64,000 nucleotides of DNA from Bacillota bacterium (GTDB lineage Bacteria; Bacillota; Limnochordia; DTU087). The stretch covers positions 3,150 to 67,149 of the forward strand of contig JAAZMR010000037.1 of assembly GCA_012798695.1 (NCBI GenBank), in the 5' to 3' direction. A program made the position numbers and the translations under genes. Position 1 is the first letter of the stretch. Each line of letters opens with the position of its first letter. Shown here in pieces: positions 39,564 to 48,569 of the stretch. The notes beneath the pieces are model-generated. The model made no database searches and was not told where the DNA came from. It saw only the letters and a program-made list of their open reading frames with translations.

Positions 39564-40712
39564 CTATCTATCCCCAGTGAGACCAACCGAAACTAGATCG
39601 ATGTTGGACTCACCGTGGCGTAACTTGTGCTCACCCATTCTTCGGCGATTGGCTAAGAGATCGACAAAAGCCTCCAGCCTGGTACGAATACCAGCAGCAG
39701 CCGAATGCTCATCAACCACCATCGTCAGCACTGGTAGTTGGTAGCCCTCGCTTACCAAAGGCAAGACACTTTGGGCCACTATTTCTGGCATGCAAGTGAA
39801 AGGCAAAATATGGACAATACCATCCACTCCCATTCGTCCGAATTGGACCGTGTGGGCCACTGACTCCAGACCATGGCCACCAACGAAATGATTAAGGTAC
39901 GGCTCGGCCAAACGGCAAAGATGGGCAGTCTGCCTTGCCCTAAATGCTGATAAGACGATATGGTGAAGAATCCAGGTGCTAAACCAGATATTCCGATGGA
40001 CAAGGACACCCATTTCACCTAGTTGCTCTTCTAGTCGGAAATTTACGAAGGGCTCCAGGACAGTATAGATCTCACCAACTAACCCTACTTCAAGCACTAA
40101 CCGGTCAGGTTGCTGCGGCAGCGAGTTGAGCTCCTTAATGCCCTCTTTAACCGCTTTGGTGACCTGGAGTACGTTATGGGCTGTGTCGATTCGTTCTAGA
40201 CTCTGCTCGAGGATTCTAGTCGTAATACCCTGCCTCGCTTCACAGGCTCTCACCCTCAAACTGAGTTGTTCCAAACGATCACAGCCTACGAATTTGGCCC
40301 AAGCTAGACGCAAAGCCTGCACGACCTGTTGAGGTCTATTCACATTCGTCAGTAAACTGAGCTTTTTCCAGAGATCCCCCCAACCGGTTGCTGGAGGTTC
40401 TAAGATGATCATCTCCAGATCAATCCCGATATCACGCAAAATCTCCTGCTGGACATATCCATAGAACCCAAAACGACAAGGGCCGATACCCCCCGCCATC
40501 AGGATAGCTTCAGCCCCTGCTTCGGCCGCCTCCAAGTAATTCCCAATATTGATCTTCAAGGGCAAACAAGCGGATTCTGGAGCATAGCGAGTACCCAGCT
40601 CAAGAGTCCGCTGAGTACACTTAGGTGCTACCACCGCTTGCTGTCCCAAGCCATTAAGCAGTGCCCGAAAGGGGATGTAGGATGTACCCATATGAGGGAA
40701 GGTAATCTTCAC
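39564..40712 (-). CDS. 2-hydroxyacyl-CoA dehydratase / CoA-activase-related subunit
   Basis: ESACLPLK, GPCRFG, VGEIY, PFTCMPE, DEHSAAAGIRTRLEAFVD; GTG 40712 overlaps the upstream stop (GTGA). Confidence 0.78.
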   Translation of the reverse strand: MKITFPHMGTSYIPFRALLNGLGQQAVVAPKCTQRTLELGTRYAPESACLPLKINIGNYLEAAEAGAEAILMAGGIGPCRFGFYGYVQQEILRDIGIDLEMIILEPPATGWGDLWKKLSLLTNVNRPQQVVQALRLAWAKFVGCDRLEQLSLRVRACEARQGITTRILEQSLERIDTAHNVLQVTKAVKEGIKELNSLPQQPDRLVLEVGLVGEIYTVLEPFVNFRLEEQLGEMGVLVHRNIWFSTWILHHIVLSAFRARQTAHLCRLAEPYLNHFVGGHGLESVAHTVQFGRMGVDGIVHILPFTCMPEIVAQSVLPLVSEGYQLPVLTMVVDEHSAAAGIRTRLEAFVDLLANRRRMGEHKLRHGESNIDLVSVGLTGDR

Positions 40713-41710
40713 CGACTTTGCCTCCATCTCAACATATCAACAAAGGCTTCTAGCCTTGTCACCACCCCAGCTTCCCCAGTGTGTTCATCAAGATTCAGGA
40801 TCAGTTGGGGGATTTTGGACTGACGGCGGATAGTGCGTTCAACCAACTCTGCTGTCAGAGAATCTGTGCCACAGCCAAATGCGGTGATATAGACAATGCC
40901 CGCTACTGGCACTTCCATATATTCTGATGCAGCACCCAGGATGCGGCGACCCGATGTCCAAAACATGCGTTTAGGCCATTGTTCAGCTCGGGCCTCCAAT
41001 CTTGCCTGTGAAAGCATATCGACAGTCCTTATCTCAGCGCCCATAGCGCGCAGGCGCGCTACGATCTGCATATTGGCAAATTCATCATAAATGAGATAAC
41101 TGTGCCCCAGCAGTCCGATACACAGATCAGGAAAGGAAAAAGGCTCATAACCTGGTTGTGCATCTACATCGCGCTTGATGGGTTGTTCCCAAGGGCACTG
41201 TGGATCTTGAGTGGGCCAATAGCCTGCTTGCAGATAGGACTCAGTCTGACTTTGGGCTTTCAGCCCTTCCTGCAGGGCCAGATGTGTATCTCGGGAAGAG
41301 TACCCGAGTGTTCTACCTAGTTCCTCAATTTGTCCATACACATATTCTACTGACCGATTTAGATCGATAGTCGGGCACCAAGCTCTAGGGCCTGCGCGGA
41401 ATACCGCAGTCATCATATCAGGCAGTCCCATGAACTTCGGGCAGATATATTCCCGAGGGGCCACACTCACTATGCGTGGCAAAAAAAGGTGATCGACTCC
41501 TGCTTCGATCAGCCACTGGACGTGTCCATAGAAAATCTTGACGGGAAGGCAGGTGCCATCTACGGCCCGCCGCACCCCTTCATTGAGGATAGCTTGATTG
41601 GTTGGTGGCGAAATGACCGGCTTGATCCCTAGGCTAGAAAAAAATACCTCCCAGAGGGAGTAATAATCATAATAGGCAAGAGCCCTTGGAATGCCTACAG
41701 TAACACACAC
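40709..41710 (-). CDS. Activase-related protein (DUF2229 type)
   Basis: VGIPRALAYY, CLPVKIFYGH, YICPKFMGLPD, GHSYLIYD, FGCGTD, DEHTGEAGVVTRLEAF. Confidence 0.8.
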   Translation of the reverse strand: MCVTVGIPRALAYYDYYSLWEVFFSSLGIKPVISPPTNQAILNEGVRRAVDGTCLPVKIFYGHVQWLIEAGVDHLFLPRIVSVAPREYICPKFMGLPDMMTAVFRAGPRAWCPTIDLNRSVEYVYGQIEELGRTLGYSSRDTHLALQEGLKAQSQTESYLQAGYWPTQDPQCPWEQPIKRDVDAQPGYEPFSFPDLCIGLLGHSYLIYDEFANMQIVARLRAMGAEIRTVDMLSQARLEARAEQWPKRMFWTSGRRILGAASEYMEVPVAGIVYITAFGCGTDSLTAELVERTIRRQSKIPQLILNLDEHTGEAGVVTRLEAFVDMLRWRQSR

Positions 41711-41712
41711 GC

Positions 41713-43311
41713 CTAATCCTCTCCGCTCCCTCTGTGATCAGTTTCCTCATTTTCTCTTCTCCTCACTCTCCCCACTCTCCGCACCTGACGCCGCCGAATG
41801 CCCATGGCAGCCGGCAATGGAGCCTCTTTGGGTTTACCTGGAGATGATTGCTCGCCTGCGTTAGACCCTTTCACGTCAGCATCAACGGGGCGGGTAAAGG
41901 GTGGGCGAGCTGATACGGCGGGGATCGGGTAGCGCAATAGCAGACGCAAGAGACTAGGTCCGTGAAACGGCAGAAGCGGCCATAAGTAAGGCAGGCCAAA
42001 TGACTGAGTTAGACCCATCACCAACAGGGTAACAGCTAGACCAATCCCCAGACCCCAAAAAGAGAAGAAGCCAGTTAGAACCAATACGAGAAGGCGAAAT
42101 AGGCGGGTAGCCATACCAAATTCATAGTTGGGAATGGCAAAGAAAGCGATTGCAGCTATCGCTTGGTACAGGATAGTCTCCGGAATAAAGAGCCCCACAT
42201 CCACCGCAAATTGACCTAAGAGGATGGCGGCAACTAGACCTAAAGACGTGGCCAGGGCCGAAGGTGTATGGATAAAGGCCATGCGAGTTAGATCTACCGC
42301 TAACTCGAGTAGAACGAACTGAACAAACAACGGTACAGACGCTTCCCCTTTTGGGCCTATGAATCGCAAGCTTGGGGGCAATATGCTGCGATTTTGGGCA
42401 AGGGCCAACCATGTTGGGGTAAGCAAAAACGCCATAATGAAGGCACCAAACCGCAGCCATCGAATATATGTACCAACTACCGGATTATTAAAGTAATCCT
42501 CTGCATGTTGAGTAAAGTGCCACGCAGTCACCGGTACGATCATGGCGGCCGGTGTGGTATCGGTGATAATCACCATATGGCCTTCAAGCAAATGGGCCGC
42601 CACTACATCGGGGCGTTCAGTGTAACGCACCACCGGGAAGGGGTTGAGTCTTGCCCCAAAAAGGTATTCCTCTAGACTCTGGCTGCCCATGGGTAACGCG
42701 GATACATTAATCGTTTTTAGGCGCCTTTTTAGCTCGGCCAGCATCTCTGGGTCGGCGATATCGTTTATGTAACCAACAAAGACATCTGTCGGCGAACGCT
42801 TACCTATTTGCACCGCCTCGAACCGAAGCCCCGGATCCCGCAATCGGCGCCGGATGAGATTTACATTAAACAAGCCTGTTTCCACAAAGCCATCCCGAGC
42901 ACCCCTGGTAACGCGTTCTAGATCTGGTTCCTCAATGCTGCGGTTGGGGTATTGGCGGACATCGATAATCAGAGCTTCGCTTACCCCATCAACGAGTAGA
43001 GCCATAGGGCCCGCTAGGACCTCTTGGATTAATTCATCTATATGATCAACAATTGAGATCTCGAAATAGGGAATGTGTTCCTCCATCAGTTTCTTGACAG
43101 TATTGGGAACCATCTCGGCCGACTCAACTCTAAGCAGCGCTGAAATCACAGTCTGAGTCGTTTTGCCTTCCACAAATCCATCCAAGAACAGAAGTGCCGC
43201 ATCCTTATGCCCTATCTGGATCTCCCGCAAAATGACGTCAAAGCTGACATCTATGCCCAGCTTGTCCCTGAGAATGTCTAGATTCTTGCCGAGGTCTCTT
43301 TCGACTTTCAA
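41713..43311 (-). CDS. Spore germination protein (SpoVAF / GerA-A subunit family)
   Basis: RQYPNRSIEEPDLERVTRGARDGFVE, NLIRRRLRD, YTERPDVVAAHLLEG, multiple C-terminal TMs. Confidence 0.9.
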   Translation of the reverse strand: MKVERDLGKNLDILRDKLGIDVSFDVILREIQIGHKDAALLFLDGFVEGKTTQTVISALLRVESAEMVPNTVKKLMEEHIPYFEISIVDHIDELIQEVLAGPMALLVDGVSEALIIDVRQYPNRSIEEPDLERVTRGARDGFVETGLFNVNLIRRRLRDPGLRFEAVQIGKRSPTDVFVGYINDIADPEMLAELKRRLKTINVSALPMGSQSLEEYLFGARLNPFPVVRYTERPDVVAAHLLEGHMVIITDTTPAAMIVPVTAWHFTQHAEDYFNNPVVGTYIRWLRFGAFIMAFLLTPTWLALAQNRSILPPSLRFIGPKGEASVPLFVQFVLLELAVDLTRMAFIHTPSALATSLGLVAAILLGQFAVDVGLFIPETILYQAIAAIAFFAIPNYEFGMATRLFRLLVLVLTGFFSFWGLGIGLAVTLLVMGLTQSFGLPYLWPLLPFHGPSLLRLLLRYPIPAVSARPPFTRPVDADVKGSNAGEQSSPGKPKEAPLPAAMGIRRRQVRRVGRVRRRENEETDHRGSGED

Positions 43312-43355
43312 TCCCTATACCCCCGATGGATCTCGTATTCAGCTCTGACCACTAG

Positions 43356-43385
43356 GATCATGCTTCAAAACCCAACAGTTTATGC
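43356..43385 (-). promoter_or_regulatory. sigmaG-like promoter upstream of the spore germination gene
   Basis: GCATA-N18-CATGATC versus GHATR-N18-CATAHTA, just downstream of a terminator. Confidence 0.5.
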
Positions 43386-43402
43386 AATTGAGTGCCAAGA
43401 AT

Positions 43403-43428
43403 AGGAAAGCGCCCCTTGAGGGGGCGCT
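43403..43428 (-). terminator. Intrinsic terminator after the holin-like gene
   Basis: AGCGCCCC-loop-GGGGCGCT followed by TTCCTATTCTT. Confidence 0.65.
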
Positions 43429-43488
43429 GCCAAGATGATCGGCAATAGAGCCTTACGCAAGCCTCGAGACTCATTGCTCTAAGACGAG

Positions 43489-43830
43489 TTACCTTACTGC
43501 CGTAGGTACAAACAGATCGATTATCCCAATGACGAAAGCCGCTAGGAGAGCTCCAAGGATCGAGACCTGCATCTCTGGAACGATAAACTGGGCTGCCCAA
43601 ATCACCACGGCTGATACCAGGAATCCCACGATTCCCCGACCATAGGGAGAGACTCCCTTGCCCAGCGTAGCTTCAATCACCCACCCTATAGCAGCAATGA
43701 CTACTGCTGCCAACAGAGCATTGAGAAACCCCATGGTCCGAAACCCTGGTATGATGTACCCCACCAGCATCAGTACCAATGCTGATACAATAAAACGTAC
43801 AACTGCACCTACCCAATCCATCTCCGTCAC
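43489..43830 (-). CDS. Four-TM 'phage holin family' membrane protein (YvlD-like)
   Basis: VRFIVSALVL...GFLNALLAA...GFLVSAV pattern, 113 aa, hydrophobic. Confidence 0.8.
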   Translation of the reverse strand: MTEMDWVGAVVRFIVSALVLMLVGYIIPGFRTMGFLNALLAAVVIAAIGWVIEATLGKGVSPYGRGIVGFLVSAVVIWAAQFIVPEMQVSILGALLAAFVIGIIDLFVPTAVR

Positions 43831-43878
43831 CTCTTTTCACCGGCAACCGATTCCACTACAAAAACTGCATGGTTTCGG

Positions 43879-44088
43879 CTAAGTGTCATCTACCGCGAAG
43901 GCAAGTTCCACATTGGCTTTGAATTCAACGATATTCCCTTCGGAATCTACTGTCCCGGTTATGTTCTTGACGTGAACACCACTGATGTGCCTAATGGTTT
44001 TAGAGGCCTGCTTTACAGCTGTCTGTATAGCATCCTCCCACCCCGTAGTAGATTCGCCTACCAGTTCTACCACCTTAACAACCGTCAC
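43879..44088 (-). CDS. Dodecin family protein
   Basis: KVVELVGES..GWEDAIQ.AV..ASKTIR...EFKANVELAF pattern, 69 aa, strong SD AAAGGAGG. Confidence 0.9.
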   Translation of the reverse strand: MTVVKVVELVGESTTGWEDAIQTAVKQASKTIRHISGVHVKNITGTVDSEGNIVEFKANVELAFAVDDT

Positions 44089-44134
44089 GTATGTGCCTCC
44101 TTTACCCTGTGAAACTGTGCCACACTCTCAAGGA

Positions 44135-44165
44135 TATTATGTGGCACTACGCGACTTTTTTATAC
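44135..44165 (-). promoter_or_regulatory. sigmaG-like promoter candidate for dodecin
   Basis: GTATA-N19-CATAATA; both boxes match but the spacer is one base longer than consensus. Confidence 0.35.
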
Positions 44166-44216
44166 CTGACCACTCCTCGCCAAGCCCATGACTTTCTTAC
44201 TGGAGATGAGGCCTAT

Positions 44217-45194
44217 TTACGGTAACACAGCCTCAAACGCCCGCAGGAAATTGCCACCGATGAGCTTCTCGAGGCGCCCTACGCGGTGGCCTCGTCTTTG
44301 CAGCTCTGCGACTAGCTGCGGTAGACAGGTTACATCTTCTAGACCTGCCGGAGGAGCATCGATCCCATCATAATCCGTGCCTAAGCCAACGTGTTCTTCA
44401 CCTGCCACATTCCAGAAATGCTCTATATGGCGCACAACATCATCTATGGTAGCAGAACCACTATCTGTGAGGTGAGGTTGACAGAAATTCACCCCGATCA
44501 CACCCCCGTGGTCAGCAACAGACCGCGCTTGTTCATCAGTCAGATTGCGCTCGTGTGAGCAAATGGCCCTAGCATTAGAGTGTGAAGCGATAAAAGGGCC
44601 TGTAACGACTCTAGCCACATCCCAAAAACCAGCAGGAGAAAGATGGGATACATCGATCATCATCCCCAAATTCTCCATCTCGCGGACAACTTCATGACCG
44701 AAAGTGGTTAGGCCACCCTGACTACGAGCCTCCCAAACTCCATCAGCCAAGGCGTTTCTATTGCTCCAGGTAAGAGTTAAGAGCCGCACACCCAATCGAA
44801 AGAGCAGCCGTAAGATCCAGAGCTCTCCACCCAGGCAATCCCCACCTTCGACCCCCAAAATTACCCGCAACTTGGCTGACTCCGTGGTCAGATCTACCAG
44901 GTCATCTTTAGTCTTGACCAAAGCCAGACGAGAATCATTATCTATACAGCGGAGAGCGTACTCCACATAGGATAAGATCTTTTGTAGAGTTATACTCTTA
45001 TTAGCGTTCGGTGCCGCAAACATGGCTAGAACCTGCAGGTTTATGCCTGCCTCAACTAGCCGTGGTAGATCACTATGGGTAACGGTCTGCCGTTGGCAAA
45101 AATCCATCCCCGCTTCTTTCATCCTGGACAAGGTGTCATTGTGAGCGTCTACTACTACTGCCTCTTGGTACCACTGTAAGTGCTTTTCTGTCAT
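44217..45194 (-). CDS. Membrane dipeptidase (peptidase M19)
   Basis: DAHND, LGVEGG, LTLTWS, IDVSH, ASHSN, RNLTD, GLGTDYDG motifs. Confidence 0.93.
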   Translation of the reverse strand: MTEKHLQWYQEAVVVDAHNDTLSRMKEAGMDFCQRQTVTHSDLPRLVEAGINLQVLAMFAAPNANKSITLQKILSYVEYALRCIDNDSRLALVKTKDDLVDLTTESAKLRVILGVEGGDCLGGELWILRLLFRLGVRLLTLTWSNRNALADGVWEARSQGGLTTFGHEVVREMENLGMMIDVSHLSPAGFWDVARVVTGPFIASHSNARAICSHERNLTDEQARSVADHGGVIGVNFCQPHLTDSGSATIDDVVRHIEHFWNVAGEEHVGLGTDYDGIDAPPAGLEDVTCLPQLVAELQRRGHRVGRLEKLIGGNFLRAFEAVLP

Positions 45195-45231
45195 GTCTTT
45201 GCCTCCTGGGTCATCTAATTAACAGCTGGAC

Positions 45232-45274
45232 AAAAAAACCTGCCCACATTGGGACAAACCAATGCCCGGGCAGG
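45232..45274 (-). terminator. Intrinsic terminator after spoVS
   Basis: CCTGCCC/GGGCAGG plus CATTGG/CCAATG stems followed by T7. Confidence 0.7.
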
Positions 45275-45308
45275 CAAATCGTCATGCAACAATACACTCG
45301 ATAGCAGC

Positions 45309-45563
45309 CTAACGGGGTTCTACTATTATCTTGATGGCAGTTCTTTCTTCTCCGTCGATCTCAATGTCAGTAAATGCGGGGATACATATGAGGTCAAGAC
45401 CACTGGGAGCCACAAAACCACGGGCAATGGCCACCGCTTTTACCGCCTGGTTTATGGCACCGGCACCAATGGCTTGCATCTCAGCTGTGCCCCGCTCTCG
45501 CAAAACACCTGCTAGAGCTCCAGCTACAGAATTTGGGTTAGATCTTGAGGATACTTTAAGCAC
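45309..45563 (-). CDS. spoVS: Stage V sporulation protein S
   Basis: LKVSSRSNPNSVAGALAG...QAIGAGAINQAVKAVAIARGF signature. Confidence 0.97.
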   Translation of the reverse strand: MLKVSSRSNPNSVAGALAGVLRERGTAEMQAIGAGAINQAVKAVAIARGFVAPSGLDLICIPAFTDIEIDGEERTAIKIIVEPR

Positions 45564-45627
45564 TTCTGTCCTTAGCCTCCTTGGCGAGATTGCGATTCAT
45601 GCCGTATTTTGCTGCTACTACATTATA

Positions 45628-45654
45628 TATTAACTACTGAAATGGGAATTCCTT
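45628..45654 (-). promoter_or_regulatory. sigmaH-like promoter of spoVS
   Basis: AAAGGAATT-N11-AGTTAAT (TAAT for GAAT); spoVS is sigmaH-dependent in B. subtilis. Confidence 0.55.
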
Positions 45655-45715
45655 TCTCTTCGCGGTAAATTTGTTCAATATTGTAAACATTATTTTCTCA
45701 GTAGTAATGTACGCA

Positions 45716-46246
45716 TCAGCTATTGTCCGAGGCATGGGACTTATTGAATACCAAGACTCTGCCGTTCTCCCGAAAACCGATCAATTCCTGCAGAGGAGTA
45801 TCGCTATCAATACACTCGAGAACTTGTTGAATAAAGTCATCATACCAACTGACATCTTCAATCTGTTCATGTTCATCACTACAGACAAGATTTGCTCCCA
45901 GATAACCCTGCAATAAAGAAACAACCAGCGAAATCTCTTGTAGGCTAATACTATCCATGTCTCGATCCAACTCGATCAGCGAAAAGTCTGCATGCCTTGA
46001 GACACGGATATCTAGCACCATAAGTTGTTTATTCGTTAGGAAAAGAAGAGCCTCGATGCTGTCGGATAGATGCTTACAGAAGTCCATAAAAGGTTTGGAG
46101 TTGCAGAGTCCCTTAGCAAAAAAACCAAAACGCATGCAGCGAGAATGGGATAAGATTTGCAGAGTACCGATCTGGGAATAGCGAACTAAGATTGAGGCCA
46201 GTAGGTTACCGTGATTTGATAATGGATGTTCTTCATGTTGCAACAT
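45716..46246 (-). CDS. Conserved hypothetical protein between rny and spoVS
   Basis: Open frame; start ATG 46246 behind GAGGTGA. The SILVRY...LIGFRENGRVLVFNK pattern resembles hypotheticals I recall upstream of spoVS in Peptococcaceae/Negativicutes (not verified). Confidence 0.7.
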   Translation of the reverse strand: MLQHEEHPLSNHGNLLASILVRYSQIGTLQILSHSRCMRFGFFAKGLCNSKPFMDFCKHLSDSIEALLFLTNKQLMVLDIRVSRHADFSLIELDRDMDSISLQEISLVVSLLQGYLGANLVCSDEHEQIEDVSWYDDFIQQVLECIDSDTPLQELIGFRENGRVLVFNKSHASDNS

Positions 46247-46305
46247 AACACTCACCTCATGAAAGACAGACCCCGACATCAGATCCAACCAACACCAAGA
46301 GGTGG

Positions 46306-46330
46306 AAAAGGCCCGGTTTCACCGGGCCTT
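46306..46330 (-). terminator. Intrinsic terminator after rny
   Basis: AAGGCCCGGT-gaa-ACCGGGCCTT-TT. Confidence 0.75.
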
Positions 46331-46337
46331 CAAGATC

Positions 46338-47876
46338 CTATTTGGCATATTCTATCGCTCTGGTCTCCCGAATCACAGTCACTTTTATCTGACCGGGATA
46401 CTCGAGCTCTCCTTCAATACGCTTAGCGATCTCCCGGGCTATCCAGACAGCCTCGCTATCATCAATTCGCTCTGGCTTCACCATAATCCGAATTTCCCGT
46501 CCAGCTTGGATGGCATAAGCCTTTTCTACTCCTTCAAAGGAATCGGCAATGCCCTCCAGCCTTTCTAGTCGCTTGATATATGATTCAAGTGTTTCACGCC
46601 TAGCACCTGGTCGGGCCGCAGACACTGAATCTGCAGCGGCCACCAATACAGCCTCTATGCTTTCGGGTTCACAGTCTCCATGGTGGCACTGCATGGCATG
46701 GACAACCGCTGGCGACTCCTTATAACGCTTCAGGAGATCTACACCTATCTGGATGTGAGTCCCTTCCACTTCATGATCGACCGCCTTGCCAATATCATGC
46801 AACAGGCCGGCCCGACGAGCTAGTTTCTCGTCAGCACCCAACTCTGCCGCCATCATGGCAGCTAAGTGAGCTACCTCAATCGAATGCTTAAGCACATTTT
46901 GACCGTAGCTGCTGCGGAAACGCAATCGCCCCAAAAGCCGTACCAATTCCGGATGGAGACCATGAACACTAGTTTCAAAGGTGGCTTGTTCACCTTCCTC
47001 TCTAATCACGGCTTCCACTTCCCGCTGCGCCTTTTCAACCATTTCTTCAATACGGGCCGGGTGGATGCGTCCATCCGCCACCAGCTTTTCGAGGGCAATC
47101 CGGGCAATCTCCCGCCTAACTGGATCGAACCCAGATAGGATGACCGCTTCCGGTGTATCGTCAATGATCAGATCAATACCGGTCAATGTTTCAAGAGTAC
47201 GGATGTTGCGTCCTTCACGGCCAATTATCCGCCCCTTCATCTCGTCATTGGGCAAATTGACTACTGAAACTGTTGATTCGGCCACGTGATCGGCTGCACA
47301 CCGCTGGATAGCCAAAGACAGTATCTCACGGGAGCGTTTATCTGCATCCTCTTTGGCCTGGGTCTCTATATCCTTGATCATCATAGCAGTTTCGTGTTTC
47401 ACTGCCTCTTCCACCTGGCGAAGAATGAGCTCCTTAGCTTCCTCCACCGTAAGCTCAGATATCCTCTGCAATTCGGCTTGCTGTCTAGCTAGAGTATGCT
47501 CCACTCTTTCCTGAGCTTCAGCTAGATCCTTTCTTTCCTTTTCTAGAGATACTTCTTTTCTGTCAACATTCTCTGAACGGCGATCAAGCATTTCTTCTTT
47601 TTGCATCACACGCCGTTCCAGCTGCTGCAGCTCATTGCGTCTATCTCGGTGCTCGCGATCAAGCTCAGCCCTAAGCTTATGGGCTTCTTCCTTGGCCTCT
47701 AGCATCAGCTCCCGACTTTTGGCTTCAGCATCCCTTTCCGCATCTTGGATGATGCGTCGAGCTGCTTCTTCAGCTGAAATGATCTTGGCTTCCGCCAGAG
47801 ATTTACGCATAAAATAACCGGCGCCAAAAGCGACGGCAGCTATAAGCGCAAAGTAAAGAAAAGTAATCGCTGTCAC
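46338..47876 (-). CDS. rny: Ribonuclease Y
   Basis: N-terminal TM, coiled coil, KH domain ([14 protein letters not shown]), HD domain (LLHDIGK), [11 protein letters not shown]. Confidence 0.97.
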   Translation of the reverse strand: MTAITFLYFALIAAVAFGAGYFMRKSLAEAKIISAEEAARRIIQDAERDAEAKSRELMLEAKEEAHKLRAELDREHRDRRNELQQLERRVMQKEEMLDRRSENVDRKEVSLEKERKDLAEAQERVEHTLARQQAELQRISELTVEEAKELILRQVEEAVKHETAMMIKDIETQAKEDADKRSREILSLAIQRCAADHVAESTVSVVNLPNDEMKGRIIGREGRNIRTLETLTGIDLIIDDTPEAVILSGFDPVRREIARIALEKLVADGRIHPARIEEMVEKAQREVEAVIREEGEQATFETSVHGLHPELVRLLGRLRFRSSYGQNVLKHSIEVAHLAAMMAAELGADEKLARRAGLLHDIGKAVDHEVEGTHIQIGVDLLKRYKESPAVVHAMQCHHGDCEPESIEAVLVAAADSVSAARPGARRETLESYIKRLERLEGIADSFEGVEKAYAIQAGREIRIMVKPERIDDSEAVWIAREIAKRIEGELEYPGQIKVTVIRETRAIEYAK

Positions 47877-47911
47877 CTCCCACCTATCAAATATTCAATT
47901 CCAAGCTTTGT

Positions 47912-47937
47912 AAAGAAAGCCGAGTAGAGACTCGGCT
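47912..47937 (-). terminator. Terminator-like hairpin in the rny leader
   Basis: AGCCGAGT-ctct-ACTCGGCT followed by TTCTTT. Confidence 0.65.
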
Positions 47938-47986
47938 AGCTAAATGACTACCAGGGAATGTCCGTAGACATGTACTCCACAGTGTA

Positions 47987-48015
47987 ATTTTAGCTTGTTT
48001 TAGAATCAGTGTCAA
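47987..48015 (-). promoter_or_regulatory. sigmaA promoter upstream of rny
   Basis: TTGACA-N17-TAAAAT. Confidence 0.75.
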
Positions 48016-48059
48016 GGAAGTCACAGAGTAGGATCTTCATCAGACCCGCTAGATCCTAC

Positions 48060-48563
48060 CTACTCTTCCAGCACCTGGTCTATGACCTGACGAATGTCAT
48101 TCATGCGAAATCCTCGCCGTTCCAGATAACTTATCAGTTTGCGTCTTTTTGTATTTTGATCATCTCGATGATAGGCTTTCACCCGGTTGGCTGCTAGTTC
48201 GTAGGCCAACTCCGTTTCGTTCACAGTTTCCCGAAACCTGATCATCGCCTCATCAATGATCGGTTGCCGAATACCTTTTTGCCTTAGCTCCAGAACCAGG
48301 CGGCGCTCACCCCTCGGATTTGTACGACAGCGATTTTCTATCCACTGTAGGGAGAACTGCAGGTCATCTATATATCCTAGTTCCTGCAGCCACCCCACCA
48401 CTTTCTCTTGTATTGGTGGTTGATAACCCTTACGACTCAAGTACTGTCGCATCTCAGTACTTGAACGAGCTCTGAACTTGAGATAGTGCAGGGCTTGCTT
48501 TTTGGCTTCACCAATATCTGCGGTAGTGGACTGACTCTCGCCGCCGGGTGTTGGAGTACTCAA
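48060..48563 (-). CDS. recX: Regulatory protein RecX
   Basis: ALHYLKFRARS..EMRQYL, GYIDD..F, ELRQKGI, YLERRGF; directly downstream of recA. Confidence 0.92.
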   Translation of the reverse strand: MSTPTPGGESQSTTADIGEAKKQALHYLKFRARSSTEMRQYLSRKGYQPPIQEKVVGWLQELGYIDDLQFSLQWIENRCRTNPRGERRLVLELRQKGIRQPIIDEAMIRFRETVNETELAYELAANRVKAYHRDDQNTKRRKLISYLERRGFRMNDIRQVIDQVLEE

Positions 48564-48569
48564 TCTCGG

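Noticed and set aside
43489-43830. Holin-like gene as a sign of prophage
   Set aside because: The four-TM YvlD-like family is commonly chromosomal, and no phage genes are nearby.
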